Below are positions 25,349-39,205 of a stretch of DNA of 64,000 nucleotides, piece after piece (the first letter of the stretch is position 1; each line of letters begins with the position of its first letter). Under the pieces are notes generated by a model. That model was not told the origin of the DNA, did no database searches, and worked only from the letters and a program-made list of their open reading frames with translations. A program made the translations under genes and the position numbers. This DNA is from Mobula hypostoma. Lineage: Eukaryota. The stretch lies in contig NC_086108.1 in the NCBI RefSeq assembly GCF_963921235.1, forward strand, positions 52,516,001-52,580,000, given 5' to 3'.

Positions 25349-25963
25349 CTGTAACCACAATAATGAATCAACAAATAAGCATTTTTTTTGTAATTTTCAT
25401 TATTTCAGTTATAGTGGGAAAATTGAAGCCATTTTCTAAAAGATTTAACTGATACATTGTATGCAACTCACAAGATTCTATATTTATAGCAAGCTGTTTA
25501 CTGATGTTTTGTAGTCAGATGTGGCCTGCTTTCAACCAAATATCTACAAGTGGAAAGCCAGGCAGTTTATAATGCTTTAATACTGATCTAAGTTAAGCTT
25601 GATAATTACTTCAGATTTGACTGTAAACTATCAAACCACACAGTTCAAGAAAAATTAATCAAATAGTGGATAGTGATAGAGCACTGATGTGATTGTGAAT
25701 GGCATTTACAAAACAGCCCCCCTTAAGAGCAAATACCAGTTTTAACAGAATCCTAAGCTAAAATCAATAGAAATAATGTGATGATTTTAATGAAGTGTAA
25801 TTCTGAGAGTATTTCCCATTCTTCCATGACAGAGCTTTTTTTCATGATTAAATCTTTTACAGCATTAAAAGAGAAAAAAATTAAGTAAAGCACTATCTGT
25901 TTTATTTCAGTTAATCTCATCACCAGGAACAACAACATTCCTGTTTATATGAACTGTAACCTA

Positions 25964-26161
<198 letters not shown>

Positions 26162-26720
26162 TCAACACCCTTGTACTGTTACTAATCAGCAGAACTGGGT
26201 TTTGGCACTAGATTTGGTTATTAATCACAGCAGTAATTTCTTTTAATGTTTCCAAATACAGTACTTCATCTCAATTTTGCCTCCACCTTTACTATCTCAA
26301 GTGACTGACTTAACAATACATTTTAGCTAAATAAAAACAGGAAGTGTCTCAAGAAATCTTGCTGTAAATGGATGTAATTTATATTGGACCATGACTTGAT
26401 CCTAAATAACACCCAATTGATCAATGGAAGAATATATGAAAACAGCCACCACTTTCTTGCCTAGAGAGAGAAAGAATATTATGTCAACCTTTCCTAACTT
26501 AATAACATAGCTGAAATACAATGTTCAGTCTCAATATTATCAGCCCTGCAGTTGCCAACAGCAACAGCCCAAAGATTTCTATCGAGGTGATGAAATGACA
26601 GTGCAAGGTCTTTTGAACTAAAGGCTTTCTGTTGCACTTCTAGCTGGTTGAGAGTTCAGTTTTATCTGGACGTTGTCATGAATAACATCAACAATATGGA
26701 AAACAATTTAAAAAATCTCA

Positions 26721-26870
<150 letters not shown>

Positions 26871-27166
26871 TCATTACCATCAAAACCTTAATGCATGTTG
26901 AAAGCATAATACAAAGAATTTGGTTCTTTGGTCAAAGAACAGAGATTCATCACCAGCAGACTCCTATACTGATGTTATAAAATATAAATAGTAGCATTAT
27001 TGGTGTATTAATCCTAAACAAACAACACAATTGAAACAAAAAAGTTTAAACTTAAATTGTATATTCAGGTTTAATTTTTCTTTTTGCGTGTGTTCCTACT
27101 TTAAAAACTATTTAAGATACTTAGTTTTCTTGTTTTACACAATATACCTTCCCAGTGCCAGATATA

Positions 27167-27770
27167 CAAGGGGTGATTGTTAAGTTTGTGGCCTAAGATA
27201 GAAGGAGTCAATTTTAGAAAACCTAGCACATTTATTTTTCCTACATTTACACACTTAGTCCAGTGGTCGTGGAGCATACAGATCCCCTGTAGAAGTCAGT
27301 GTCTGGGACCTCCAGAAGTGGTTCACAGCAGGGGTGATTGATAAATTCGTGGCTTGAAGGAGATGAGGAGAAACTTCAAACTTTCTGCATTTTCACTTAG
27401 AGTTGAACTGCACATGCATGTTACAAGAGCTGTATAACTCATCTCCTTCTACCATAGGCCACAAACTTATCAATCACCCCTGCTGTGGACCACCTGGAGG
27501 TCCAAGACGCTCTCGTTACATGCACGTGCAGTTCAACTCTTTGAATGATGATGCAGAAAGTTTGAAGTTAATAACTAATCTCCTTCTACCTTAGGCCAAG
27601 AACTTATCAATCACCCCTGCTGTGGACCACTTCTACAAAGAAGGGATCCGTATGCTCCATGACCACTAGACTAAGTGTGTACATGTAGGAGGGGACTATG
27701 TTGAAAAGTAAATGTGCTAGGTTTTCTAAAATTGACTCCTACCTTAGGCCACGAATTTATCAATCACCCC
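27167..27770. mobile_element. Mariner-derived non-autonomous foldback element, copy 2
   Basis: Same family as 11154-11642 with one extra internal TIR unit; last bases of the right TIR are missing. Confidence 0.85.
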
Positions 27771-28495
27771 AAAAAAGGATAAGGCATTTCATTCACAATG
27801 AAGTGTTTTTAAATGCCAAATATATAATACAATTATGTAATGATACTTCTTGTATCATCAGTCCTTTCTCTCAGCATGCCTAAGCATTTCCAGGAATTGG
27901 CCTCAATAATTCACAAGCATTAAAATTTAACAAAAGCCATTTAACTAAAGATTTAAATTAGACCAATATGAAAACTTGAGTCCTCCTTTATCTTTTTGTG
28001 CATAATCCTTAATTCTGATCAATTCCACAATGTTTGTACCTTGCACATGATATTTCCTCCCTTACCAGCCAACCTTTGTCGCATCAACCAAATAGCTACT
28101 ACCAATTTCAACACCAAACTTCAAGTAGGTTGTAGGACCGGAAACATAAGATAGAAATATCTCAGAGAAACTGAGGTTAAGTGCTCAAATGGAAATTTCC
28201 CTTTTCCTTCCCAACTGGGGATTTGGGGTGGGAAAATATGTTCATTTAGGCTGAAGACAATGCAAAACCCAGACTTGCAACTGAGCAACGTTTGAACTTG
28301 GGCCATTCCATAGCTGTATAATGGCACATATATTAGAGTAATCAGAGCACCCTGATGTGAACTTTGGAAAAATAATGTTACATCGGTATAGAATTCTGAA
28401 AAACTTTAGAGGTTGTTACAGTTTCAATCAGTGAATATAGTAACATGCTAAATGTTACTAGATTTTATCCCTCTCTGGTAGGTTTGAAGCCATAC

Positions 28496-28639
28496 TTGAT
28501 TAACCGTTGTTCCTACTGAACCCTGCAACACCATCTGAAGCATCTTAGGATCAGCTGGATCTTGATGTGTTGCAAAAGCCAGCTCTTGAGTTTTTTTCTG
28601 CATATCTTCAATGGCCACTTCGATTGGTGTTAAAATGAC
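28496..28639 (-). CDS. DOCK7: DOCK7 exon (DHR-2 nucleotide-sensor region)
   Basis: [48 protein letters not shown], 144 nt, AG/GT. Confidence 0.97.
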
Positions 28640-29538
28640 CTGTAGATAATAAAGGTAACATTTCATCATGCTTCAATCAGCATGATTTCCACTAAATTCA
28701 GTTACATTTCTCAAAGCAATTATATCCATGCCTGTCATTTTTGTAAAGTTTAATTTCTATGAAACAGTAATAATGCGTGTTTAGTAACAAACCCATCACA
28801 AAAGCTTGATCTCCCCAAACTCCATGCAGCTGAGATCTTCATCTCCACTGTGAAAAGTGTGAAGGAGTAGAGAGGACCAAAATGAAGGATTAGTCCCTAC
28901 AAATACCATATTTCATTTATGTCATTTCAGAACAGTAGGCATCCATTTACCCTATTGGCTGCAATTAGTGCAGTCTATGAAGTTGAAGTTACCCAGAAAG
29001 CAACAGCCATGCATCTTATAAAATACATTTACTGTATATTTAGATATACTCATTGGTCACTTTATTAAGTACTCCCACATGTTCATGTTTTCTGTTGCTG
29101 TAGCCCATCCACTTCATGTAAGTTCAAATATGCTCTTATGCACACCACTGTTATAACATGTGGTTACCTGAGTTAGTGTTACCTTCCTAGATTATGCATT
29201 ATAGAGTGTCTTTTCAAAGACAGAATCACAGTAAAAGACTTTAACTAGCTACTGAATTCCTTTAGGTCTGCAATAAGTTCTCTCTTCTTGGCTCACAGTG
29301 GAACGTTTGGGTTATAGACGGCTTTGTCAGTGCTGGAATGTCCATATGTGGTTGTAATCTGGTTGCTGAATCTCTTGCATTCTTTCTTTCTATACCCACC
29401 AAATTTAGATACAATATTCTACAATACTTGGAAGAAAATCATTAAGTTCTGGATTTATAACTGGAATATCAGTTTCTCTATTAATGTGTTTTGGCAGTGG
29501 ATGAATGAAAATAAAATATTAGCTCAGTTATTATAAAA

Positions 29539-29618
29539 CAGGGGTTTCCAACCTGGGGCCCACAGACCTCTTCGTTAATGGTCAGGCTCCATAGCATAAA
29601 AATGGTTGGGAATCCCTG
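29539..29618. mobile_element. 80-bp hAT (Charlie-type) MITE
   Basis: TIRs caggggtttccaacc / ggttgggaatccctg; 8-bp TSD ttataaaa / ttacaaaa (7 of 8 match). Confidence 0.8.
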
Positions 29619-29845
29619 TTACAAAAGTACATTGATGAATGCAAAACTAAAACCACGAATGTAGGCAGATTGCTCTGAATCACTGTCTATGTCTTCTACT
29701 GCCTGCTGAATGGGTTAATCATGTTCCAATAAAAGATAGGCTAGAGATTAGAACACATTACCAGTCTTGCATTCATTGCAAAGTAAGATGCAGAACTTAA
29801 TATTTTCTATTCATTTGGAGTGAAATTATTTAAATGTAATAGTCA

Positions 29846-30148
<303 letters not shown>

Positions 30149-30370
30149 TTACAACTTTGTCAAAGTACATCACCAATTGTAAATGGGTTTTTACAGATAT
30201 CTGAATTGTCTATTTCCTTACTAGCCAACTCTGAGAAATTCAGAAGATCCCATTCTGCCAATTCCCACTGTATCTACTCTTCAGTGGGCTTCTACTCAAG
30301 TAGTTATGTCACTGCACCTAATTTATGGCCTAAAGCTGTTGGCAACCCAGCCTTTACAAGGAGCAAAGAC

Positions 30371-30965
30371 AAAAAAGATTGCAGGTGCTGAAATCTGGAG
30401 CAGCAAACAATAAACAAATTCAGCAGGTGGGGGGAGGGACCTGTTGACATTTTTGGCTGAAACTGCACTAGGTCTGATACAGAATTTCATCCTGAAATGT
30501 TGACAATTCCTTTTTTAAACTAACCTACCCCACCAACACACTGCATGACCTGCTGATCCCTCAAGCAGATTGTTTACAAGTACTAAAGCCACTCAGCTGA
30601 ATCCTGCAAAACAGCTCCTTTACTGAAGATCTTTACTGCTGCTGCAGCTTCCTCACCTTCCCCTCCCTCTTGAGCGCTTTGCCTGTTCACCTATCATCTC
30701 CCAGCTTCTCACGTTATTCCTTTTCTCTCCCTCCTCACCTTTCTGCCTACCACCTGGATTCACCTACACCTGCCAGCTCATGCTACTCTCCCTCCCTTAC
30801 CCTTTATTCTTGCTTCTGTACTCTTTCTTTCCTCTCCTGATAAAAGGGCCTCAGCCTGAAATGTCTGTTCATTTCTTTCCATAGATGCTACCTGACCTGC
30901 TGAATTCCACCAGCATTCTTTGTGTGTTGCTCCAGATTTCCAGCATCTGCAGAATCTCATGTTTC
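30371..30965. mobile_element. Old degenerate PLE-terminus repeats (palindromic copy about 30371-30575; + copy about 30640-30965)
   Basis: Diverged homologues of the 1652 and 54353 termini (gatgctacctgacctgctgaattccaccagca...tttccagcatctgcagaat); hammerhead core mutated. Confidence 0.6.
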
Positions 30966-31916
30966 CTTATAAAGCACTCTGTGTGCCTTCTCAACTATAT
31001 ATTGAGCTGTCCTGCTACCTTTTTAAAAAAAAAGACACTTCAAGGTCCTTCTGTTCTTCTACACCTTTGAGTTCCCCCCTGGTTTGTTGCACCTCTCCAA
31101 ATAAATCTCTTTGCATTTCTCTGGATTAAATTGCATTTTCTGCCCAACCAACCAGCTCACTTACACTTTCCCCCTTAGTGTCAAGCACTATTTTTGTATC
31201 ATCTACAAATCTTCATTAGTCTTCACTTTTAATGCTAAATCGCTAATTAAAATCAAGGGTGATGAGAATTCTAGTGGCAATGGCCTTCCAGTTACAAAAA
31301 CACACTTCAAGCTTTTGCTTTCTGCCATTGAACAAATTTTGCATCCAATTTGTCAATCACCCTTGTGTCCCATGAGCTTATATTTTTCTGACCAGCCTTG
31401 TACGAGAGGCCTTGTGAGAACCTTGCTGAAATCCATGTTAACAACATCAAATGTACTGCCCTTACCTTCCTTGCCCTTACGACCTCAACCAAGTTCTTCA
31501 GAGACAAACTTACCTTAAAAATCTATGCCTATAGTCCTTGATTATTATATGCCATACTATGATGTATTTATTTGGTATACTTTCCCTCGGAATTGACTTC
31601 AATATTTTCCCCAAATCAAAACTAAACAGCAGCCTTATAATCACAGTTATTTTTAAAATAACAATACAACATGAATGATTCTTCAATTCTCTGGCACTGG
31701 GGTGCTGTATCTCGCTTCAACAATGCAGATAGGAAGGTGAGAAACGAATACACATTGGTAAAAATCAAGTGTATTCCTAATCTATTTTGTTTTCAAGCAA
31801 CCTAACAGACCTCACTAGCTGGACTGACACATGAAGAACAACCATCTGAGGAACAAGAACTGGGTTGCCAAATATCAGCAAAAATCAAACGAGCAGAATT
31901 TCTTTTGAGAGGATTA

Positions 31917-32045
<129 letters not shown>

Positions 32046-33172
32046 CTAACCCAAAAGAAAATGTAATTTTTCATGATGGGGGTGCAGGGTTATTTTTCAA
32101 AATACTTGCAAGTGTGTGGAAAAGTGTTGCTATGTGCTTGCAGTACCATTTATGATATTAGGTGGCACTGGAACTGCCTTGTGTCCCAGGAACTTCTATA
32201 TTTCTAATCATGCAGAGGCCTTGTTAAAATCCTTGAAGAAATCCTACATCAGATGGTGCCCCTTTTTGACCTTCAAATAAAATCTCAATCAAGTTCATCA
32301 GAGATGGCCCTCCCCTAAAAAAATCCATGCCTATAGTCCTTGATTAATACGTGCATTGATTTGGTGAGTAAGTGCTCTGTTGAAATACTACTACAAAATG
32401 TATTTTACCTACTTTTTGAGACATTTTCTTATTTCTTTTACTATAGAGGACCACAATCTGTGTGCTGATTTTAGAGTACGTTCCTAACATCTATCCAAAT
32501 CAAGCAATCGTGCTTCCATTAATCTCCAGTCCCAAGGCTTGTGAGATGTCCTGGGACAATTCCATATACATCATGCTTGTTGTGAAAACATAATTTTACT
32601 ACTGCCTCTCTAAGTCTAGGTCCAGGAAAACACAGAATTTCCTACCAACACACCCAACCCTTCTACCAGGAAAGCATCAGTATTGTAGTGATATCTTTCT
32701 CCTAATTTTGATCTGGGAAGTGTTCTCTTTTGATAGAATACACAGTCTATATTATTCCCTACACTAGCTGCTTTCTTTTACTACCTTGGCCCGGCCATCA
32801 CCTCCTTTCACGTTCATGTTCTCTGGCTTCTACCTCTTTAAGTTTTCCTTCTTTCTAAACTTGGAGCTACCTACCTCTCTGCTCAACTAGTTCACTTTAT
32901 CTACTCCAGTATCATATGGTCAAAGGCATCACAGTCCTCGTGTCTCAGTATAATTATCTCCTCTCCTCCAACCAGACAAGATCTTTCGATTTCATTCATT
33001 CCTGTTTCCTCATCTACAATATTATAACTGACTTGTTTTATTGAAGTAAAAGTCTGTGAACAAATGATTCAAACTAGCTACTTTTGCAGAAAGAATATCA
33101 ATAACCAATAACCAATTTCCCCCGGGATCAATAAAGTATGACTATGACTAATATTATCCCATCATTGTCTTA

Positions 33173-33313
<141 letters not shown>

Positions 33314-33599
33314 CTATAGAAGGAGTAATTTTCATAATTAAGTTGGAGAAACTAGATACATCCATACAGAGCAGATTTTGATTTATTAAAACATGAAATG
33401 AGAAACACCTATCAAGCCCACTTTGCGTATACACTCTGCTGTATCTTTTCAAACTCAGTGTGAGGCTTGACATAAATATTGTTTGATTTGCAAAAGAACT
33501 AATATTTTTCAATCACCCATATGCGGTAGATTTAAAAAGTTAAAAAAGTCCCTGTTGGGGTTTCCTACAGAAATTCAGGTCACAGAACAGCTGCTTGCT

Positions 33600-35560
33600 A
33601 AGAGTATGTGCCAGATTTAAAATGTGAGTGGGGCCTGTTGGGACCTTCTACAAAGCTTGGAATTGTTTGGGTTATTGGGCAGTTGGCAGGGGCAAAACAA
33701 AAAGAACTTGGGTTTAAGCAGAACAACCGTTGTGGGAGTGGGCCAGGATTGGAGTGGAGAGCTGAAGCTTTGGCTCAAGAGACTTCAGCACAAAGAGATG
33801 GGGGAGTTATTTTTTCTTTCTTTCTTATTGCAGTTAGAGCACTGGAAATGCTCGTCATGATGGTGTAGCTCTCCTCTTGCAGGACACGGGAAGACAGGGA
33901 GACATTTAGTATTCCTGACAACTACATCTGCAAGAAGTGCATTCAATTGCAGGTTGTTCCAAACTGCCTTAGGGACCTGGAGCTGGACGACCTTTGGATC
34001 ACTTGGGAGACAGAGAAGTTGAATGATAGGAGATATAGGGATGTAGTTACAGCTAAGGTGCTAGACACAGGTACTCGAGTGACCATCAGAAGGAAAGGGC
34101 AACCAGTACAGGGTACGTCTGTGGCCATTTCCCTCAATTACAAGTATATTGTTTTGGATACTATTGGGAGCAATGAGCTAGCAGAGGAAGGCCACAGCAT
34201 TCAAGTCTCTGGCATTGAGTCTGCTCTATGACTCAGAGGGGAATTGGTGGGGGCGGGGGGGAGAAGAGTAGTCTTGGGGTATTCATTAGTCAGGGGAACA
34301 GAAAGGAGTTTTATTGACGAAAATAAGATTTCCAGATGGTATATTGCCGCCTGGGTGCCAAGGTCAGTTGCATCTTAGATAAGTCCACACCATTCTTAAG
34401 GGAGAGGGTGAGCAACCAGAGGTAATGGTTCACGTAGGTACCAATGACACAGGCAAGATGGTGATGAGTCCTCCAAAGTGAGTTCAGTGGTGCTAAATTA
34501 AAGGACAGGACCTCCAGGGTGATTACTTCAGAATTGCTACCTGTGCCACATGCTAGTCAGGCTAGATAACATGGTTTAACACACGGCTAAGGAGATGGTA
34601 CAGAAGAGACAGTTTCACATTTTTTTGTCATAGAAGTGTTCAAGCAGGACAGGCTGGAGGGCTCATGCACTCAAGCTCTAATGTGTGGAAAGGGATGACC
34701 ACATTAATTGGATTATATTAAAGCACTCTCAATAGTTAGTGGGATTTAGAGGAGCCAATTTGTAGAGAGGCAGCAGACAGATGCAAGAAAAATAAGGTTG
34801 TGATAGGTGATTTTAACTTTCCATATATTGACTGGGGTTCCATTACTGTAAACAGATTGGATAGGATAAGATTTGTAAAATGTGCTCAGGAAAGCTTCCT
34901 TAATCAATGAATACACAGGTTCCAACTATAGAGAGCATGATTCTGGATCTCTTATTAGGGAATGAGACAGGGCTGGAGACAGAATTAGATGTAGGGGAAC
35001 AACTTGGATCTAGAGATCAAAATTCCATTATTTTCAAGATAATTGTGGAGGATAGGTCTAGTCCTCAGGTTGAGATTCTAAATTGGAGAAAGGCATCGGC
35101 AAGGGTAGGATTGAGTGTGGATTGAGATAGATTGTTTTCTGGCAAAGGGATGCGTTGTAAGTGAGAAGCCTTCCAAGTGAAATATTGAGAGTACAGCGTT
35201 CATATGTTCCTGTTTGAATAAAAAGGTAAGACTAACAGGTTTACAAAACCTTGGTTTTTGAGGCGATATTGAGGCCCTGGTTAAGAAAAAGGAAGTGCAT
35301 AGCAGGTTTAGTCAGCAAGGAAAAAATTATGTGCTTGAGAAGCACAATAAATACAAGAGAATATTTAAGGACGTAATCAAGAGGGCTAAAATAAAAGCAC
35401 AAAGAGAATTTTAAGAGCAATAGGAAAGCAAGGAACAAAATTGATCCCACTTGAGGATGGAGACAAAACAAATAGGTTTGATTTTAAATGGATTTTTGTA
35501 GCCGTATTTACTTGGGTGACAGACAGCCTATGAACTGCATGTGGATCGTAGAAGAGGAAG
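33600..35560 (+). mobile_element. CR1 LINE 5' part (ORF1 zinc-finger/esterase and endonuclease remnants)
   Basis: PDNYICKKCIQLQ, GDSLVRGTERSF, VIGDFNFPYIDW, ILDLLLGNE motifs, all disrupted. Confidence 0.75.
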
Positions 35561-35593
35561 TGCTTGTGCCTTGAAGCAAATTAGGGTGCTTAA

Positions 35594-35876
35594 ATTTTGT
35601 GCGCCACAGTTCCCGAGGAGATATTGGGTTGTGTAGAGGGAGAGGGAGTCTAAAAGAAGTGACCGCAGGCAGTCGGGACTTCTTGCGCACTGCAGTTCCC
35701 AATGAGACATTGGATTGCATAGAGAGAGGTTAAAAGAAGAGTTTGCACATTTTGTGCGCCACAGTTCCCAAGAAGACACTGGATTACGTAGAGAGTGAGA
35801 GAATTTAAAAGAAGTAGGTGGGAGCAGTTGTGACATTCTGCACGCCAGAATTCCCAGGCAGATTTTGAATTGCACA
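35594..35876 (+). repeat. Four diverged 70-90 bp tandem monomers upstream of a CR1 ORF1
   Basis: Units start near 35594, 35681, 35750, 35836 with tt(t/c)tg.gc.c..cagttccc..g.gaca.tggatt. Confidence 0.7.
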
Positions 35877-35879
35877 CAA

Positions 35880-37340
35880 TTAGGCACGGGCAAGGTCTGA
35901 TAAATACGTTAAGCAGAGCGACTATTGTGGGAGCATCCATTATGCGACTAGCCAATGTTAAGAGTAGGAAGTTGAGGGTGTGACTCATCGAGGCTTTGAC
36001 AAGGAGAGGCACAGGCCAAAGGTGGATTTTTTTTGGGTTATGCATTCTTTCTTTCTTATTGCACATTTGGAGCAGTGGGGATGCCAGGCAGGATAATGAA
36101 ATGCTCATCTTGTGGGATATGGGAAGGCAGGGAGACCTCTGATGTCCCTAGGGACTACAACTGCAGCTTCTAAAAGACCGTGCTAAGGAGTTGGGAGCTG
36201 GAACTGGAAGAACTCTGGATCATTTGAGAGGCTGAGAGGTTGATAGACAGGACATACAGGGAGGTAGTTACACCATAGGTGTAGCACACAGATAACTGGG
36301 GACAGATAAAATCAGGAAGGGGCAAGGGGATAGGCAGCCAGTGGAGAGTACTCCTGAGGTTGTTCCCCTCAACAAAAGCTAAACAGCTTTGGATTCTGTT
36401 GGAGGGACAACCTAGCAGAGTAAAGCCAAAGTGGCTCTGTGTGGAAGGGAAGTGGGAGGGAGGAAAGAAGAGATGAGCTGTAGTAATGGGGGATTTGTTG
36501 GCTAGGGCAACAGAAAGGAAGTTCTGCGAGGAGGATGAGATTCTCTTAAGGTATGTTGCCTTCCAGGTGCCAGGGTCAAGGACATCTCAGATAAAGTACA
36601 CAGCATTCTTAAGTGGGAGGGTGAGCAGCCAGAGATCATGGTCCCCTTCAGTTTCATTAACATGGGATAGGAGGGTGACAAGGTCCTGCAAATTGAGTTC
36701 AAGGAGTTAGGTGCTAAGTTAAAGGAAAGGATGTCCAAGATTCTGACCTCAGGACTGCAACCTGTGCCACGTGCTGGTGAGGCCAGAATTAAGAAGATCA
36801 TATAGTTTAACACATGGCAAAGGAGGTGGTGCAGGAGGGAAGGCTTCAGATTTTTGGATCATTAGGCTCTCTTCCAGGTGGGACCTGTACAGAAGGCAAC
36901 TGAACTAGAGAGGGACTAATATCTTAGCTGGAAGGTTTGCTAGAGTTTCAGGGAGTTGGGGGTTGGTGGGATTTGGGTTTAAACTATAAGTAGCAGGGGG
37001 ATGGGAACAGAGCATCAGAACAGATAGTGGAGTGGTGGTGGAGAAAGATGTTGCTAAGACCACATACACGGTCAGGAATCAAAAGGGTGAGCATGGTGGG
37101 ACTAATGTTCTGAGCTGCATATATTTCAAAGCAAGGAGTATTGTAGGAGCTTGGGGCATGGATCAGCATGTGGAATTATGACATTGTAGACATTAGTGAG
37201 ACTTGGTTGCAGGAGGGGCAGGACTGGCAGCTCAATGTTCCAAGGTTCCGTTATTTTAGACATGATAGATTGGGAGGGATTAAAGGGGGAGAGGTGGCAT
37301 TAGTCGTCAGGGAAAATGTCACAGCAGTTCTCAGTCAGAA
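35880..37340 (+). mobile_element. Second CR1 5' part (ORF1 remnant and start of ORF2 endonuclease)
   Basis: Paralogous to 33600-34700; MGDLLARATERKFC; WNYDIVDISETWLQEGQDWQLNVPRF endonuclease motif. Confidence 0.75.
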
Positions 37341-37344
37341 TTCT

Positions 37345-37745
37345 GAAGAAATACTGGATAAATACCATCCACAAACCCGTAAGGAGGCTCAAATCACAGC
37401 TTATGTGGGTCAAAGATGACGTGGGACTCAGGAAAGGGGGCGTGTATAGGAATCCCTGTTAGTGCGGAGCAGCGTATTATCGGTCAGATGGAATGCACGG
37501 TGGAAACCTGAATCAAGCAACATAGGAGGTCAATCCGTTTGGATCACCCAGAGAAATCAGTGGCAGCAGAACACTGCATATGCAATGACCACAGGATTGA
37601 CTTTGACAGCACAGAACTATTGTGCCATGCCAACGGCTTTTGGGAGTGCCTGGTGAAGGAAGCCATTGAAACACACTAGAGAATAAGAACTTCAACAAAA
37701 ACAAAGGTTCTAAGTAAGAACTGGAATTCGATTGTAAACAAGGTG
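37345..37745 (+). mobile_element. Penelope-like GIY-YIG fragment of a second family, interrupting the CR1
   Basis: Frameshifted TIHKPVRRLKSQL..VKDD.GLRKG.VYR.PC.CGAAY.IGQ...TVET.IKQHRR. Confidence 0.65.
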
Positions 37746-37749
37746 TAAA

Positions 37750-39205
37750 CAAAGTATTGGGTACAGGAGTTGAGATGTTATGCTGAAGATGTTAGTAAGG
37801 CCAAATCTGGGGTATTGTGTGCAATTCTGGTCACCTACCAACAGGAAAGATATCAACAAGAAAGTGTGTAGAGAAAATTTACAAGGATGTACCATCACAA
37901 GTGGAAGATTGAATGGCTAGGACTTTATTCCCTGGAGCCTAGGAGAATTTCACAACACATGCTGGTGATAATAAACCCGATTCTGATTCTGATGAGGGGA
38001 GATTTGATAGAGGTATTCAAAATTATGAGGGGTATAGATAGGGTAATGCAAGTAGGGTCTTCCCACTGAGGTTGGGTGAGACTAGAAGGTCATAGGTTAA
38101 GAATGAAAGGCTATCTATTTAAGGGGAACCCCTTTACACAGAGGGTACTGTGAGTCTGGAATGAGCCGCCAGCAGAAGTGGCGGTCGTGAGTTTGATTCC
38201 AACACTTAAGAGAAGTCTGGATAAGTGCATGAATGGGAAGGATATGGAGGGCTATGGTCCAGGTGTGGGTCGATAGAACTCAGCAGAATAACAATTTAGC
38301 ATGGACTAGGTGAGGCAAAGGGCCTGGTTCTCTTTGACTCTGAACCGAAAAAGCAGTTTCTTTTTAGGTCAATCATTTTAGTTATTTTACCCATGATGAT
38401 CTATCACAATGTGGACTAATGACTTAATCTGATGTATTTTCTATTGTCTATTCCAGGAACAGCAAGCAAAACTACCTGTGCCAGCTTTATTTTCTAAAAC
38501 ATATAGCCTGGAATGAGAATTTCCTCACTACTGCAGACAAGTATGATATGTTACACTTCAGAAGATCAACTCTAAAGGGAAAGTACACAGTAAATGGCAA
38601 AACACTTAGGAATGTTGATGTTGAGTTGTAAAGTCGGGAAGTTATGCTGCAGCTGTTAAAACTTCAGTGAAGCCACATTTGGAGTATTGTGTTGAGTTAT
38701 GGCACTGGATTACAGGAAGGATGTAGAAGCTTTGGAGAATACGTAGACGAGGTTTGCCATGATGCTGCCTGAATTAGAAAGTGTTCGCTAAAAGAAGAGG
38801 TTGGACAAACTTGGATTGTTTCTTTGTGAACAGGAAGCTGAGGGGCAAACTGACATAAACGTGTAAAATGATAATAGACATATTTAGGGTAGATGGAGTC
38901 CTTTTTCCATGGTGGAAATGTCAAATACTAGAAGGCAAAGCTTTGAGACGAGAAAGGGACCATTTAAAGGCGATTTACAAGGCAAGTCTTTGTATTACAT
39001 AGAGTGGTAGGTACTTGGAATGCACTGTTAGGGCAAGTAATGAAAACAGATATGATAGCAGTGTTTAAGAGGCATTTAGACAGATACATGAAGGGGCAAA
39101 GAATCGAGGGATATGAATCTCATGCAGACAGATGGGATTAATTTAAATAGACATCACGGTCAGCACAGGCATTGTGGGTTGAAGGAACTGTCCCTATGCT
39201 ATATT
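37750..39205 (+). mobile_element. CR1 3' fragments (two in tandem)
   Basis: tattgtgtgcaattctggtcacc..., MRGDLIEVFKIMRGIDRV; CR1 3' UTR ends near 38345 and 39205. Confidence 0.7.

Noticed and set aside
35594..35876. CRISPR-like repeat-spacer array
   Set aside because: Eukaryotic context, units diverged and similar along their whole length, no cas genes
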